A stretch of DNA of 55,571 bases, filler included, from Piptocephalis cylindrospora (taxonomy: Eukaryota), in the NCBI GenBank assembly GCA_003614145.1. It is 3 parts of 3 records of this genome, joined end to end, with 100 filler letters (N's around TTAATTAATTAA, not from the genome) between each part and the next. Parts side by side here need not be neighbours in the genome. Positions count along the whole stretch, not along the records: positions 18,642 to 37,127 come from KZ987835.1; 2 more parts are not named here. One strand, written 5' to 3'. The notes beneath the pieces were generated by a model. That model was not told the DNA's origin, did no database searches, and worked only from the letters and a program-made list of their open reading frames with translations. Within the stretch, counting starts at the first letter, position 1. Each line of letters opens with the position of its first letter. Made by a program: the position numbers and the translations under genes. Below are positions 22,407 through 35,091 of the stretch, one piece after another.

Positions 22407-23975
22407 TCACTCATCATCCCCACCGGCAGCCGGGGCGAATCCAATACTGATGGGCCCCCCATTCGTATCTAACTTCCATACCGAGGCGTACGCATGAAGG
22501 ACCGGGGATCCGAGAACCCAAGAGGGATCGGGGTTATCCGTCTTGGGCTTTCGTAGCCAGGAGTTACACCATCCTCCACCCGCATCATACGTGATGTCTT
22601 TCCCATTGAGGGAAAGAATGATACCCTCCAAGTGGATCTGGAGAAAGGGGATCTTGGACAATCTGGAGCATTTGACCCTCCAGGTATCTGGGGCTGTTGG
22701 GACAGGTTGAAAGCCTAAGGAAATGTGCAGATTATGGAAGATGAGGGCGCTTGGGGTGATAAGGGCATTGACCCCTGAATCCACCCACACCCGCTGGGCT
22801 CGGCCGCGAAAGTCTCCCTTGGGCGCATTTGATCGAATAATGTGACGCTTTGCGTCCTGAATCGTCACGTTCACCAAAGGAAGATACCAATTGGGCCCAA
22901 GTTCAGCCTTCACATGCACGGGTGCCTGGGTCATGTGTTGGGGAGAGGACCCACCAAAGACGACATGGCCCCCTGCTGATCCAGGCTGCACCCTTCGGGG
23001 ACCACGCATGTGGAAGCTCCAGGTAGGTGAGGTAATCAAGCCGGATTGATACATAACATAAGCAATGTTACTCTTGGTCGGGGCAAATCCAATGATCCCA
23101 TCCTTGCGCGTCAGATTGGCCGAGGAGGTAAAGAGGTCTGTACCGCTTACATCACTCACCAGGCAAAATCGATGCCGGACTGCGATGGACGCGGAAAGGC
23201 CCGTGGTCTGGATGATCACATCATCCGTTACATCTCGCACAAAGGACACGGTCCCCGAGCCATACGTAATACTCTTACGCTTCGGTTCCATGATCTGTGG
23301 GTTAGCTGATGACTCGGATGGATTGTACATGGGATGTCCATCGCATAGACCGCCCTTGCAATCTGTGGAAGCCACCCAGATCTCACTGGATCCTGTATCC
23401 ACCAGGACATTGAACTGGAGTAACGCCGATGCCTGGGCCGACCTTGGCCGGCCAAAGTTCATGACCAGCGTAAACAGATCCGCTGCAGAACCCCTTAGGG
23501 CGTACGTGTAAAGTCGTTCCCCGGTCGGGGATACGGACATGACCGGATGATCTCCATGAACCATAGCACTCGCCTGAGATACTTGCTGAGCTGCTTGTCC
23601 AGCTGCCCCAGCTACTTGTCCCGCAGCTGTGACCGCAGCCCCAGCCGCAACTCCGGCAATCGCTCCCGTAGCCATGGCCGTGGTGGTTACAGGATTGGCC
23701 GGGGCGGGACGACGAATTCGATAAGTGGTCACATATCTCGTACCGCCCCCAGGGATGGCCTTCTTGGTCATGGCTGTGACCTGAGAACCAGGCGGAGGAG
23801 CTGAAGTAGGGGCGGGGGCGGGAGCTGGGGCTTGCCTGTAGAAACGACGCACTAGGGAAGCGGTTGGGGAAGGGGTAGGTGCGCCTGCATACAATACCAT
23901 TTCATCCGAGCGAGCTTCAGTAATGAGCATGGCCATGACGGTGAGGGTGAGGAGGAGAAGCGCGTTTAGGATCAT
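22407..23975 (-). CDS. Secreted pepsin-like (A1) aspartic protease, intronless
   Basis: Signal peptide; FNVLVDTGSSEIWV, ITYGSG, DGIIGF, VWVDSG, WVLG..VL, IGFA. Confidence 0.9.
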   Translation of the reverse strand: MILNALLLLTLTVMAMLITEARSDEMVLYAGAPTPSPTASLVRRFYRQAPAPAPAPTSAPPPGSQVTAMTKKAIPGGGTRYVTTYRIRRPAPANPVTTTAMATGAIAGVAAGAAVTAAGQVAGAAGQAAQQVSQASAMVHGDHPVMSVSPTGERLYTYALRGSAADLFTLVMNFGRPRSAQASALLQFNVLVDTGSSEIWVASTDCKGGLCDGHPMYNPSESSANPQIMEPKRKSITYGSGTVSFVRDVTDDVIIQTTGLSASIAVRHRFCLVSDVSGTDLFTSSANLTRKDGIIGFAPTKSNIAYVMYQSGLITSPTWSFHMRGPRRVQPGSAGGHVVFGGSSPQHMTQAPVHVKAELGPNWYLPLVNVTIQDAKRHIIRSNAPKGDFRGRAQRVWVDSGVNALITPSALIFHNLHISLGFQPVPTAPDTWRVKCSRLSKIPFLQIHLEGIILSLNGKDITYDAGGGWCNSWLRKPKTDNPDPSWVLGSPVLHAYASVWKLDTNGGPISIGFAPAAGGDDE

Positions 23976-25195
23976 GATGGATGGCGTTGCAAGTGTTGAG
24001 GATGAAAGAGATCAAAGGATTCAAAAGCCAGTAAGGAAGGGGCGGAAAGGTGAAGCGAGTCGTCAACGAGAGGGTGAGGCGGTAGGGATGGTGGAGAGAT
24101 TGCGGAGAGGGATGAGAAGGAGAGGGTAACAGAAGGAGAGAAGGAGGGGCGGAAAAGGACGAGTCTATGGGCGTTCCTGTGGAAAAGTGAGGGATGGAGT
24201 GTTGGGGGAGTGCCTGCCAAGGCCAACACACCAGGATGTGGAAAAGAAGGGGGGAAGGCGGGGGAATGGGATGGGGAGAGGAGGAATGGAGCTGAGAAGG
24301 AAGGCGGTGGGATGAATGACGAGGAGGGAGAGGAGGGAGCGACGGGAGAAACAGGAAAGGGAGGGGAAGAGTCGTCGGGAAGAGAGTGAAAATCCCACAA
24401 AAAGGGAGGAGGAAGAGGAGGTGACGGGAGGGAAGGAGGCGGGAGGGGGGGAGGAAGAGGAGGGGGGGAGGTGAAGGGAAGAAGGGAAAAGGAATAAGGA
24501 TGAGGTAGTTTTGGAGCATTCAATCTAGGGAATGTATACGAGGGTCAGACTGAGACGTCCTGCCTCCCTGCTCCAACGAGATGGGAAGGCGCGGGCCCAG
24601 TGTGGAGGGCCAAGCTCCGCTCCAACGACTTCGGAGTTTGTGGGAGGAGGAGGTCGGGGATGGAAATAGTCCTTAGTCGGTCGGAGATGGGTCATTTCTC
24701 TATCTTCTAGTCATGAATCGGAGGTGGAGCCCTTAGGATCGGAGGTGGAAATCAAGACTATCTTACTGGCCAGACGATTATCCAGGCAAGAAGTTGGGAT
24801 TCGTGAATCGTCCCTGCCAAATGCAGTGGAATAATACCCCAGATAGATGTCTTTAAAGTATACTAGAGTAGAAATCCGTCATAGAGGCATATCAAAGATG
24901 TGGATGATCCATAAGAAGGGCAAGTCAAAATAGCAACCATACATGACTCTCCCCAATAGCCATGGCCTATTGTTCTTAGCATTCAGTGGCAATACACCAC
25001 CCTTTTGAAGATTATAGGTGGTGATGCGTTCGGATGTCCCCCATGTCTGCCTCATCGGGAAAATATGGTTTTATCATCATCATCATCATCCCTTCGAAAA
25101 GACAAAAAGGAGAAATAAAAATGCGGAAAATACACACATGCATTACATTCATGTGCCCCCTTCCCCGTTGAACTCTCCCAGGACCCATCTCCACC

Positions 25196-28100
25196 TCATA
25201 CCCAACGGGCCATGGCTTCCATCACCCTCGCACCAATGGGCCCTCTACATACCAACGCTCGGTCAAGGCCCATTACCTCCCCTTTATCCTCCTGGCCAGA
25301 ATCAGCCATGGAGGCTTCAAGATACTCGTCCAAGAATTCCTCGGACTTTTCAAGGGGTGGGAAGGGCCCTGCCGGAACCCCTCCAGCCTTGCGCAATCCG
25401 GGCAAAGAACGCACCCATCCATTTGCAGAGGAGGAAGATTTGGCGTATGATGCATCCTCTCCCTTCTCCTTTACTCTAGCCTCCTCCTCCACCCGGCCCC
25501 ATTCACTCTCCTTGACTTCTTCATACGCATCCCTTATCATGACCCCAACCTGATCGATCCATCGGGCATCCAGTACATACCTAAGAGGGGAGGAAGGATG
25601 GGTGTGAGAGACGAATTGGACAAACAGATCAGTAATACTAAACACGTTCCCTATGTGCCCAGCTTACCATGCCCTTGAATCGTCATTTCCACTAGATTCT
25701 GTTTCTTTTCCTTCGTCTGATGTCTTGCGTTTTAAAGAGCCCCTGCGAAGGAAGACCCGGTACCATCCTGCCCCTCGGCACACCAGGGACACACGATCTC
25801 CTTGACATTCCAGCCTGTGAAGAAGGTCCAAGACGGGCCTCATCTCCACAAGGATCGTGATGATCATGAGGAGATTGCCCGTTCGGCCAAGAAGCTCAGT
25901 CAGCCAAGGCTCCTCCCTCCACGCAGGACATTTCCTGCCCCTCTTCCCCCCTTTTTCTAATTGAACCTTGTACCCAGCGTCCCCATCCCTCCATTCAATT
26001 GTCATGGCATCATCCTATAAAGGAAAGAAAGTGATGAGACCCTAATCCCCATCGTCATCACCTATCTTCCCTCTCAATTTACCTTGTCATAGCCAAGACA
26101 CAATCGACGCGGAGTCAAGGATTTCAGAGTCAGCCAAGATGGTAAAGACCGGGTACGGGGATGCACCCAGTCATTCAGTTGATCCACTAAGACAGTCATT
26201 CTCCCCAGGACTTGCCACTCCTGAAGCCAGACCTGTACTGCCTTCTCCATCCCATCCTCTTGAATCTCCCCTGCCCCGTCTCGTACATCCAATTCCCAAA
26301 GGAAGGAGATAGGGCCTTGGCCTCTCCCTGTGATCCCAGGATGACCCAAGCACTGGACAGACATACCAGGAAAGGTGCAGAGACCTGAGGTCCCATTCCC
26401 ACTGGAATCCCGGATTACCTTGGACCAAATCCCTCGGGATTCCCGCAATTGAGTTTCAATGACTAGTCGAGTACATCCCCCCTTGTCCTTCTTGGAAGAA
26501 GAGGAGGAAGAGAGGGTGGGTTTAACTTCCTCATTCCAGCCCTCAATCCGAAGCCTCACTTCGCCAAAGATCTGTTCAAGGACAGGCTTTGTCCCGACTT
26601 GGATTCCGGCCCAAACATCATCAGGACGAACCAGGAACTCAGGAATGGCTGCCTCAGAATCCGTAGCCCTTGACTTGGCAGACCCACTCCCTCCTTCTCC
26701 CTCCTCCCCATCTGCTTCCTCTCCTACCGCCCCCCCAGATCCTCCTTTGTGGCCTCCACCGGAAATGGTACAGGATCGAACGGGCATGGCCGCTCGACGC
26801 CGGATTCCCGCAGACCTCAGCCTCTGCTCTAGACGGTAGTACATGATGCGAGCTCGACACAGGGCCTTTAGCCTTTCAAGCTCACTGACTCCCACAGCCC
26901 ACCTATCCTCCTTTTTTCCACCTTCATCTTCTCCCCGTTGAGCGTCCTTGGATATTTGAACCTCATTGGATGTCTCCATCTCCTCCTCTCTCTTTTTCTT
27001 CCCATTATCCTCCTCCTCCTCCTCTTCCGTTCCTTTAGACACCTGCTCCTCCTCCTCCTCCTGATTCTTCAAGAGCATCACTAGGGAGAGAGATACGTCG
27101 GATTCTTCTCGATTAAGCATGACCAGCCAAAGCCGAGACCCATCCATGCCGATGGACACGACAATAAAGGCATCGGACCATTCGGGATACTGGAGCCAAA
27201 GGAGTCGTCGGACCCGGTGAGCCTCAAGTCTCAAGGGGCCAGAGATAAGGGATACGGGGACAGGCCAACCCTCTTCTCCAATAAGAGAGGTCCATCGACC
27301 TCGAAGGGCCGGGCCGGGCGGGGCATGAAGCCGGGTACGTCGGATGGGACGGACGAGGAAGCCCACTCGCTTAGCCACCTCCTCTATGTCACCAAGGACC
27401 AATTCGTACCGTAGACCCGCGAGGATAAGGGGGGCAGCTGCGGAAGGATCCTGTCGGATATCTTCCTCGGCCTCTCGAATGATCTCCCCTTGTCCTTCCC
27501 TACTTCCAAGTCCAATGAGGTGAACTCGACCGCTCCGAGCCCCAAGAGATATTCGGACCTCCTTGTCTACCCCACCTCCGGACCGAGGATCCCGAACGGT
27601 AAAAGCCACAAGACTGGAGAGACCTACTTGTTGCACTGGACCCAAGCCATCCTCAGGTACCTTCCCCTCCATCTCCGAACTGGTGGGAAGAAGGAGGAGG
27701 GATTGCCGGGTGCGATCAAGGAGAATACGGGCATGCTCTGTACTCACCCGATCCAGTAAGCCCTTCACATTACCCTCCTCCACTCGAAGGATGGTCTTTC
27801 CCTCGGGCAGGACGGGGCTATAGGCCACCAAGGCCAATTCAGACCAGGCCCCTCCAGCAGCCGTAGCCTTCCTCACCTCATAGCCCTTTGTATCTTTTGG
27901 GGTCCTTCCCAAGGCCGAGGTCCCCAGAGAAGAAGGGAGTGGGGAATGTAGATTAACAATGGCAATGTCCAACCAAGGGTGCATGGCCCTGTCCGATGCC
28001 TGACCCCTTTGATTTCCGTCCGGACTATGAATGAGGATGGAAGGGATAAAGTAAGATGATAAAGTGCTCTCTTGCCCTTTTAATACACAAAAGCAAGAAG

Positions 28101-29843
28101 ACACCTACTTGATGGACCAGTAATATAGCCGTAGCAAAGGATGATCCGTCTTGATCCTGGAGGAATCGCCTTCTCCAGTAACAAGGATAGGCTCATTCTT
28201 TTCCCGGGGTTCGACTTGAACCCTCTCTGGCCACAACCTCCCTTCCCCCCAAGGACTGGCTTGTAGGCCCATCGCTAGGGCCCTTGCCTGAGTATGCATC
28301 CCTTCCAGTTGGACCTGTAAGCAAAAGTCGCCTATGGAATAAAAGGAAAGGATGATCAGTAAGAGGTATTGTGGGTCAGGGAAATATCCATACCACCCAC
28401 ATAACCCTCTTTAAAGCATGCCGAATCGAATGTTAAGAAAGAGGCTTACTCAGGTAATTATACAATAAGGTAAGTGGCTTTGGTGGAATGACCTTGATAG
28501 GATCTCCGGGGAGGGAAGGAGCGGGACCAGAAGAAATTGAAGAGGGGGCAAGAGAGCCAGTGGCCATGGAGGAGAGAGAGGAAGCGGAGAGACCCTGAGT
28601 AGCCTTGTCCAGAAGCCTTTGAAGTACGGTGCCTAAAGCATGCATTCTCCCAGGTTCCTGCCAAGGGTGCAGGGGATCCGGGATGGTGGATTTACGGGTA
28701 GGATGTGGGGGAACGCGGGAGATAGAGGATGGTCCTGGGACAAGGCATTCGATCCAAAGAACTTTCCAGGCCTCCGTAAGCTCGGGACAAACATTACCCA
28801 GGGTTAGGCAGATGCGGAACATGTGAGGAACGTGGATGGATAAACACCCATCCTTGACTTTCCAATGGCCCTTTAAGGGGGGGGGTGGGGGATCACAAGT
28901 ACGAAGCCTCAGAAGAATCGTATCACCCAGGCGGGTCAGGAGCCTCTGACGACTGGAGGCACTTGGGCCACGTTGAGCCACCTGATCATCAAACCATTTG
29001 GGCAGACGGGTATATGTTCCCGTGCCAAGGATGTCTGTGGCTGTGGCTAGATCAAAGTTCCTCATGCTATCCCCGCGAGAAGGATGATGACCATGAGTGA
29101 GAGGAGTGGTAGTAGGAGCAACAAGCCCTACTCCGACTTACCGTGCATGCTGCATGGAAAGGTATGAGGCCCATAAGTTATCGGTGGCTCGATGAAACCC
29201 GATGGATTGGCGGGTCAAGTATGCTACAGAATCCTGGAAATGACGATGGATGGGAAGGAGGATTAGAGGATGGTGGATGGTGGATGAGAAGGTAAGGTCA
29301 TTAGTCAGCGTCGCATTTCTCACACCACCTCACCCTTTATCCGTGGCTTACCCTTGCTTTCTGTAGGCTCTCCGCATCCTTGCAACCACGGACAAGGGCG
29401 AGTAGTCGAAGGATACGAGAACGCGTGGTGGTAGTCCAATCCAGTAGGTCCTTGCGCCTCTCCATTCCACCCATGCCTGGCATGACTTCGAGAAGAGTTC
29501 CAAGCTCCGCATGGGACTGACCAGTAAGGCGTTGGACGAGAAGACTTAAAGGGACGGTACCAGAGGTGTCCGAGGGAAGTTGGAGGGCCGGAGTGGATGT
29601 GGAAGCACCAGAAGGATGGGAGGAAGAGGAGGAGGAAGGGTGAGTGGGGCCTGTCGGAAGATGAGTAGGTTCAACGGGACTCTGACCGGCCTGACCCTGA
29701 AGTTCATCGGCGACCCGAATGGGTTGGCTAGCAGTCTGTTCGGTCTTTCCTCCCTTCCCCACCTCGTCCCTCGTCTCCTGATCGACAGCCCCTGGAGTGT
29801 GAACATGATTACTGAGACCCGGAACCATTTTGGTGCCAGACAT
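25196..29843 (-). CDS. MED14: Mediator subunit 14 (RGR1), multi-exon
   Basis: VPLSLLVQRL...ERRKDLLDW....RSRILRLLALV, RNFDLATATDILGTGTYTRLP, DFCLQVQLEGMHTQA. Downstream exons (ORFs 26074-28104, 25664-26005, 25196-25645) are linked by GT-AG sites; the 3' end is less certain. Confidence 0.85.
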
Positions 29844-29864
29844 GACGGGCAAGCCGTAGGCAGG

Positions 29865-29919
29865 TGAGGGTGGGAAAGAGATGGGAGAGAGAGAAAGAGA
29901 GGGAGAGAGAGAGGAGAGG

Positions 29920-29950
<31 letters not shown>

Positions 29951-30600
29951 AGGGGGGAGAGGGAGGGGAAGAGAGGGGCGAAAGGAAGTGAGCGGGACTC
30001 TCTAGGGAGAATGAAGGCGCGCACCAACGGGGAAAGCGGTAGAGCGGTGGTCGCTTTTGTTGCTGTTGCTGCTGAGTGGGGAGAGAAGTAGAAGGAGCGA
30101 GAGAGGGGAGAGGGAAACAGGGATATGAATGGAGTGAAGGGGAAAAGTGAAAGGAAAAAGGGGAGGAGAGTAGGGTCTGACTACGGAGGATGCGTCTGAA
30201 AGACCACAACAAACGAGGTGGAGGGATCCGGGGTGGGGAAGTGAAGGGAGGAAAAGAAGAGGGAGGCGGAGAGGGGTGCGAGGTGGAAGAGCGAATGTAA
30301 AGAGGAGGGTGAGGGGGGGAGAGGGCGGCAGGGCAGAAGGAGACCGCACTGTATCCTGCTGGTGGTGGCGGTGATGATGGACTCAGCGGAGGGAGGGAGA
30401 TGGAGGAGGGGTGGGTCAGTGAGAGAGGAGGGGGAGGGTCAGTGGGAGAGGGAAGGGATAAGGGCACCGATGTGTGTGTAGAGGCCAACGATTGAATGAG
30501 GCGGTGACGGACGAGTGAATAACAGAAGATCAATGAGCGCTTGGGAGACGTGTGATGGGGTGAGGAAAGAGAATGATTTGTTGTTGTTGTTGTTGTTACA
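29865..30600 (-). repeat. Long pyrimidine-rich low-complexity leader upstream of MED14, with (GA)n and (TTG)n on the + strand
   Basis: Direct reading. Similar tracts occur at about 24100-24500 and 45290-45480. Confidence 0.75.
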
Positions 30601-32002
30601 ACGACACGAGCGAAAAAGACGATGGAGCAATTGAATCCTCCTCCTTGCAGGAAAGAGACTTCTTGATGATTTGACACGAGCGACAAGAACATGGTATGAG
30701 TCTAAGATAGAACGCTTCCGGGACGTAAACGGGTGGAAATATAATGTAATCTCAACCTATCTATCTTGAGCAGTAGGCCAGGAACATGAACGAGAGCGGT
30801 GGGGCAGTGGTGTCTCTTAAAAGATGAAGACGGCATCAAGGATGAAGTAAGCCTAGCAAAAGGCAGGGATGCTGGATAGCCCCCATCAGCTCCTCCAGTA
30901 TGGCTCCCCATTGCTTTCACACAATACCATGCACACACTCACATATCTGTTCCAGGGACATAGAGACAGATCCCACAATTCTTTGTGCATTCCCCGACAG
31001 GGTCACCACCCAGCCCACTTGTCCGCTCCATCTAACTCCCACCTCTGGATCCTACATGCACTTGACAACTGAATGGCACAGAGAGTCCCCCTTTTCTGTT
31101 CCCAACCCGGGCAACCGGCAAGGGTTCAGGAAGGGTTTCACTTTGGTCGCCTTCAGTGTATCCTGGTACGCAGAAATGCAGGCGGCACGACAGGCTCGCA
31201 ACAGGAGGAGGATTTCATTCAAATCCTGTTCTATGCCTAGTTATTGCCCGTGTAGATCGCCAACCAGCTAGTGATAAAGCAATACACCTGCTGGCACTTA
31301 CGCTGTCGTCTTGTCCTATCCTCGCCCCATTAAGCTTTCCTTTTCTACCTTGGCTGGCCGTTGCACTTGAACCTAGAATCCTTTCGGGGGCTCTTGAGGA
31401 GAGTAATGCGCGCTCGCCCTGGCGGTGAGGGGAGTGGGGAGGGGAGCCATGGTCAGGACGGTGGTGGCTAAGCAGGTCAATGGTATATTCTATGTCTTTT
31501 CCACGAGCATGCACTTCTTCTTTACAGAGGAAATGCAATGTCTTCGCCACTCTGTGGCGCTGGTGGTTGAGAGTCGCCATACCCGTGACATTTCTTTCTT
31601 TTTTTTCCTTGCACTATAAACAGTAAACAACACCAGCTTTGGTTCTCTAGGGGGTTGGATGGAGGGTGACCTGGAATGACTAGGGAAGGTCCCTCTCCGC
31701 CCTTAAAGGGGACGAAGGAGGGGGGAGGCTGCTTGTACCCTGTGATAGAGGAAGGGGGTGGGCGGAGGGTACGACGACCCAGGATGACACAGTCTTCATC
31801 ATTACCAGTCCTGTCGGGATACAAGACCCACGGGTGGTAAACCCTTAATAATAATAATGGTACATCGGAGGATGGATGAGAAAGAAGCCCTCTTCCTTTT
31901 CACTCCTCCCCTGTCTTTGCCTCGGCCTCTTTATCAAACACTACTAGTATTTCACCTTACCCACCCATTTCCTGTACACCAACACTCGTCTTCAGGATCA
32001 CC

Positions 32003-34145
32003 ATGTCCTCCCCAGATTCTGCTTTGCCCAAATCCCCCAACGGATCGTCCACTCTTGAAAAGGGGATCCTAACTGTTCAGGACCTTCCAGTCGAAGTCAT
32101 TGCCCACATCTTTTCCTTCTTGGACGCCTCATCCTTGGTATGTCTCTGGGAACTGAGGAACGAATGCTCACGTATCCTCATACTCACCCTTCCTTCCCGC
32201 CCATCCCTGCTGGACAGGTCAGAGCCAGCCAGACATGCAAGTACTGGCGGCATCTAATGGGAAGCGAGATGGTCTGGAGGCATGCCCTTGAGCGCCATCT
32301 GACCCGGTTGCCTCCCAAGAGATGTGCAGGAACTTGGAGGGAAGAGTACCTGGATCGAAGCCAGCTTGAACGGTAGGTCCCCCCTCTGGATGGATCAGCG
32401 CGTAAGGTGAAGCTGGATTCATCGGACAATCTTATAAACCCCTCTCCTCTCCTTCTTTCTCAGAGTATGGGGCTATGATCGATTAGGGATACGATCCCTC
32501 AGGTTCACCATTGGTCCCATAAATATCGCATACGTTGATCCGTCTGGAGAATGGATGGTTGGGGTCAACACGACGACGGGGATGGCTCAAGCGGGAGATT
32601 TCCGGGCGGGGAAGGTGGTGAAGCCGCCTATCTATCCGGATAGGACCCTGGTCCCAAGACTCAATCCCCACACTCTGGTGGGCTCTGGTCACATTGTGTG
32701 GGGTCACAGGGATGGTCTCCTCACCACCACCTCCCTTGATCAAGAGGGGAAAATGGCCAAACGGGCAAGGGAGGCCTCCATTCGACACCACGGAGCCATA
32801 TCCTCCCTGGTTTGGGATGTCCAGAGACCACAATGGGTGGTGAGCGGTTGTGTTACAGGCCAAGTGATTCTATGGTCTTTGCCCAACCTAGAGCCCTTAC
32901 TTCACTTGACGGGTACGTGTACTGGGGACACGTGAGGATGAAGAGGAGGGGATGCGAGAACCCAGCTTGCTCATACACCCTTTCCACGACTATACAGGTA
33001 TTCCTCAAGGCGCCAGGATACAGGACCTTATCCTCTCGCATAAGCATCATGTGCTCGCTCTGACAGAGACTCACCTCTACTTGTGGAATATGAATCTGTC
33101 CACCTGGGCAAGGGCGGATGACCCCACCCAGGTGCTCTCGAGGACCCCGACAAAGACGATCCTCCTTCAGCCTCCCTCCACTAGGTCGTTTCGAGCAATA
33201 AAAATGGTCCAGGGGAATAATGCTAATGACGTGGTTCTTTTGGGAGAAGACGGGGCAAGCTCGCTCTGGGGACTTGATCTCACCACTGGCACGTTCATAA
33301 CCCAATATGTCCTTCCAGGAAGCTTATCGCTGAGTCCTGGAGGGGTTCTTGTTCCCCTCCCTGCTTCTGGCTCCTTAGCTTATGGAGAGGGAAACGGGGT
33401 CATCCGTGTATGGGAAATGACTTTGACCCCTGCCCCCACAACATCCCTGGCGATGGATCTCACTGAAGGGCACCGAGGACAGCGGGTGTCCTCGGTGGTC
33501 GGCGATGCCCATGTTCTCCTCTCCGCGGGGATGGACGGTCGTATATGCACCTGGGATGCGGTGAGTGGGAGGCTCTTACGGACCCTGAAGGCCAAGGCCC
33601 GTCGAGGAGGGGATCGGGAGGGAGGCGCTGGGGTGGATAGGGGGGGGAGCGCCGCTCCCCAGAGCCTTCACCTCCTTCCCCGGGCCATTCTTGCGTTGTG
33701 CGGAGACCAAGCGAAGCTTTGGAGCTTCGATCTGGGCGGACGGAGACGGCAAGGTTGGGGATTCTCCACCTCCTCCACCTCTCGTCCAGGATCTTCTCGG
33801 GGAGGGGGGTTGGATCGAAAAGATGTGGCAGTCCATCTTCAAGAGGGACTTGACCACGTTCGTGAGGAACGGGAAGAGGCCCAACGAGCCTCCAGAAGGA
33901 GAATGGAGGTACGACAACGGCTTCAGGGAATGGATCTCACTGATCTCACGGACGAGGAGATGGTTCAGTATGTCTCCATGCTCTCTATGGAGACTAAGGG
34001 AGCGGCGGTAGGGGAGGGAGAGGCGCAGGAGGAACAAGTGGGAGAGGGGGATGAAGCGAGGGAGGCTAGGGATCTTGAGTTCGCCATTCAGCTCTCCATG
34101 GCCGAATCCAATGGATCCAAGTGGGAAGATGAGGACGCTGATTGA
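32003..34145 (+). CDS. F-box/WD40 protein with C-terminal UIM-like motifs (Pof10-like architecture), 4 exons
   Basis: DLPVEVIAHIFSFLD...RASQTCKYWR F-box; WD repeats (LLSAGMDGRICTWD); LTDEEMVQYVSMLS and DLEFAIQLSMAE. Confidence 0.87.
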
Positions 34146-34469
34146 AAATGATCGAGAGAGAGAGAGAGCTTCAATACATTTAGAGCCCGATATTATTTTA
34201 TTCAATGCTTATCATCATTAGGTTAATAATATAATTATTTTTAATGTGAAGCGTTTCAGTGCATTTCTTCATTATTCCCATTTTACTTTCTTGGGGATTG
34301 CTTTTTCGCCTAGATACAAAATAGTCATAGCCCTGTTTCTGTCTAATCATAAGGGAGTATATTTATTACACATGACAGTATAGAAATAAGTGAAATATAC
34401 TAGGATTCGCCGACTCATTCATCCAACACTACAAAGCGTCCTCCCCTCCTCCCTACCTTTCCCTCTCTC

Positions 34470-34907
34470 ATGTCCAGTTGCTCCTCTTGTCCAGGTTGTG
34501 GTCCTTCAGAACCCTCTCCGGACCGACCAGGTTCATCCCAGGCCTTTTGGTCCCTACTGAAAGTCTCCCAGGATGGAAAGAGCCCAGAGGATCACCACCC
34601 GATCGTCGAATTGACCCGTGCTCTAGCCGGTCCTTCCCATACGGTGGCGACTTGCCTTTTCAACCTGCGATCCCAGGCTTCCTCAGACACTCAATATCTC
34701 CACCTCCTCGAGGCTATGGCCAATCGAGACATCCACGGACCGGTGTGTGCATGGTTCGTCGAGGCTGCCGGTGGGTCGATTCAAGCCACTGAGAATGCCC
34801 TAGCCCATTGGGACCAAGCTGTAGTGGATGCAGTGAATGACCGTATTTCCCTTCACTCAGTCTTTAATCATCCTGGATCCTCCGAGTTGAAACCTCTTGT
34901 CCCCTAG
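34470..34907 (+). CDS. Small hypothetical protein (145 aa, intronless)
   Basis: ATG follows a CT-rich leader and an AT-rich promoter-like region; composition is globular and amphipathic. No family recognised with confidence. Confidence 0.6.
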   Translation: MSSCSSCPGCGPSEPSPDRPGSSQAFWSLLKVSQDGKSPEDHHPIVELTRALAGPSHTVATCLFNLRSQASSDTQYLHLLEAMANRDIHGPVCAWFVEAAGGSIQATENALAHWDQAVVDAVNDRISLHSVFNHPGSSELKPLVP

Positions 34908-35091
34908 GATTGTGCCTGATCCTGGCGCTGTTGCTCTAGGGGGAGGTAAGATGTCCTCTTGATCGATTATGGCCAGGCATGTATGTACCATCATTACTCT
35001 AGAGATTAATGGGTTCGGTGTGGCGTGGACATTCTATTGCTTTAGCTACGGAATTCCACATTTTATCTCATCTCTAGGGTAGAATGAATGA

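Noticed and set aside
29844..30692. Long Pro/Ser/Leu-rich N-terminal extension of ORF 29337-30692, and similar ORFs at 23917-24523 and 45235-45579
   Set aside because: These arise from stop-poor pyrimidine or purine tracts; MED14 similarity begins only after the Met at 29843.
31080..31395. AGAGTCCCCC ... GGGGGCTCT pairing resembling the RNase P/MRP P4 helix, with a TAGTTA motif between
   Set aside because: The upstream part of CR-V is absent and no correctly placed P1/P2 helices were found. An Rfam scan would be needed; it looks like chance.
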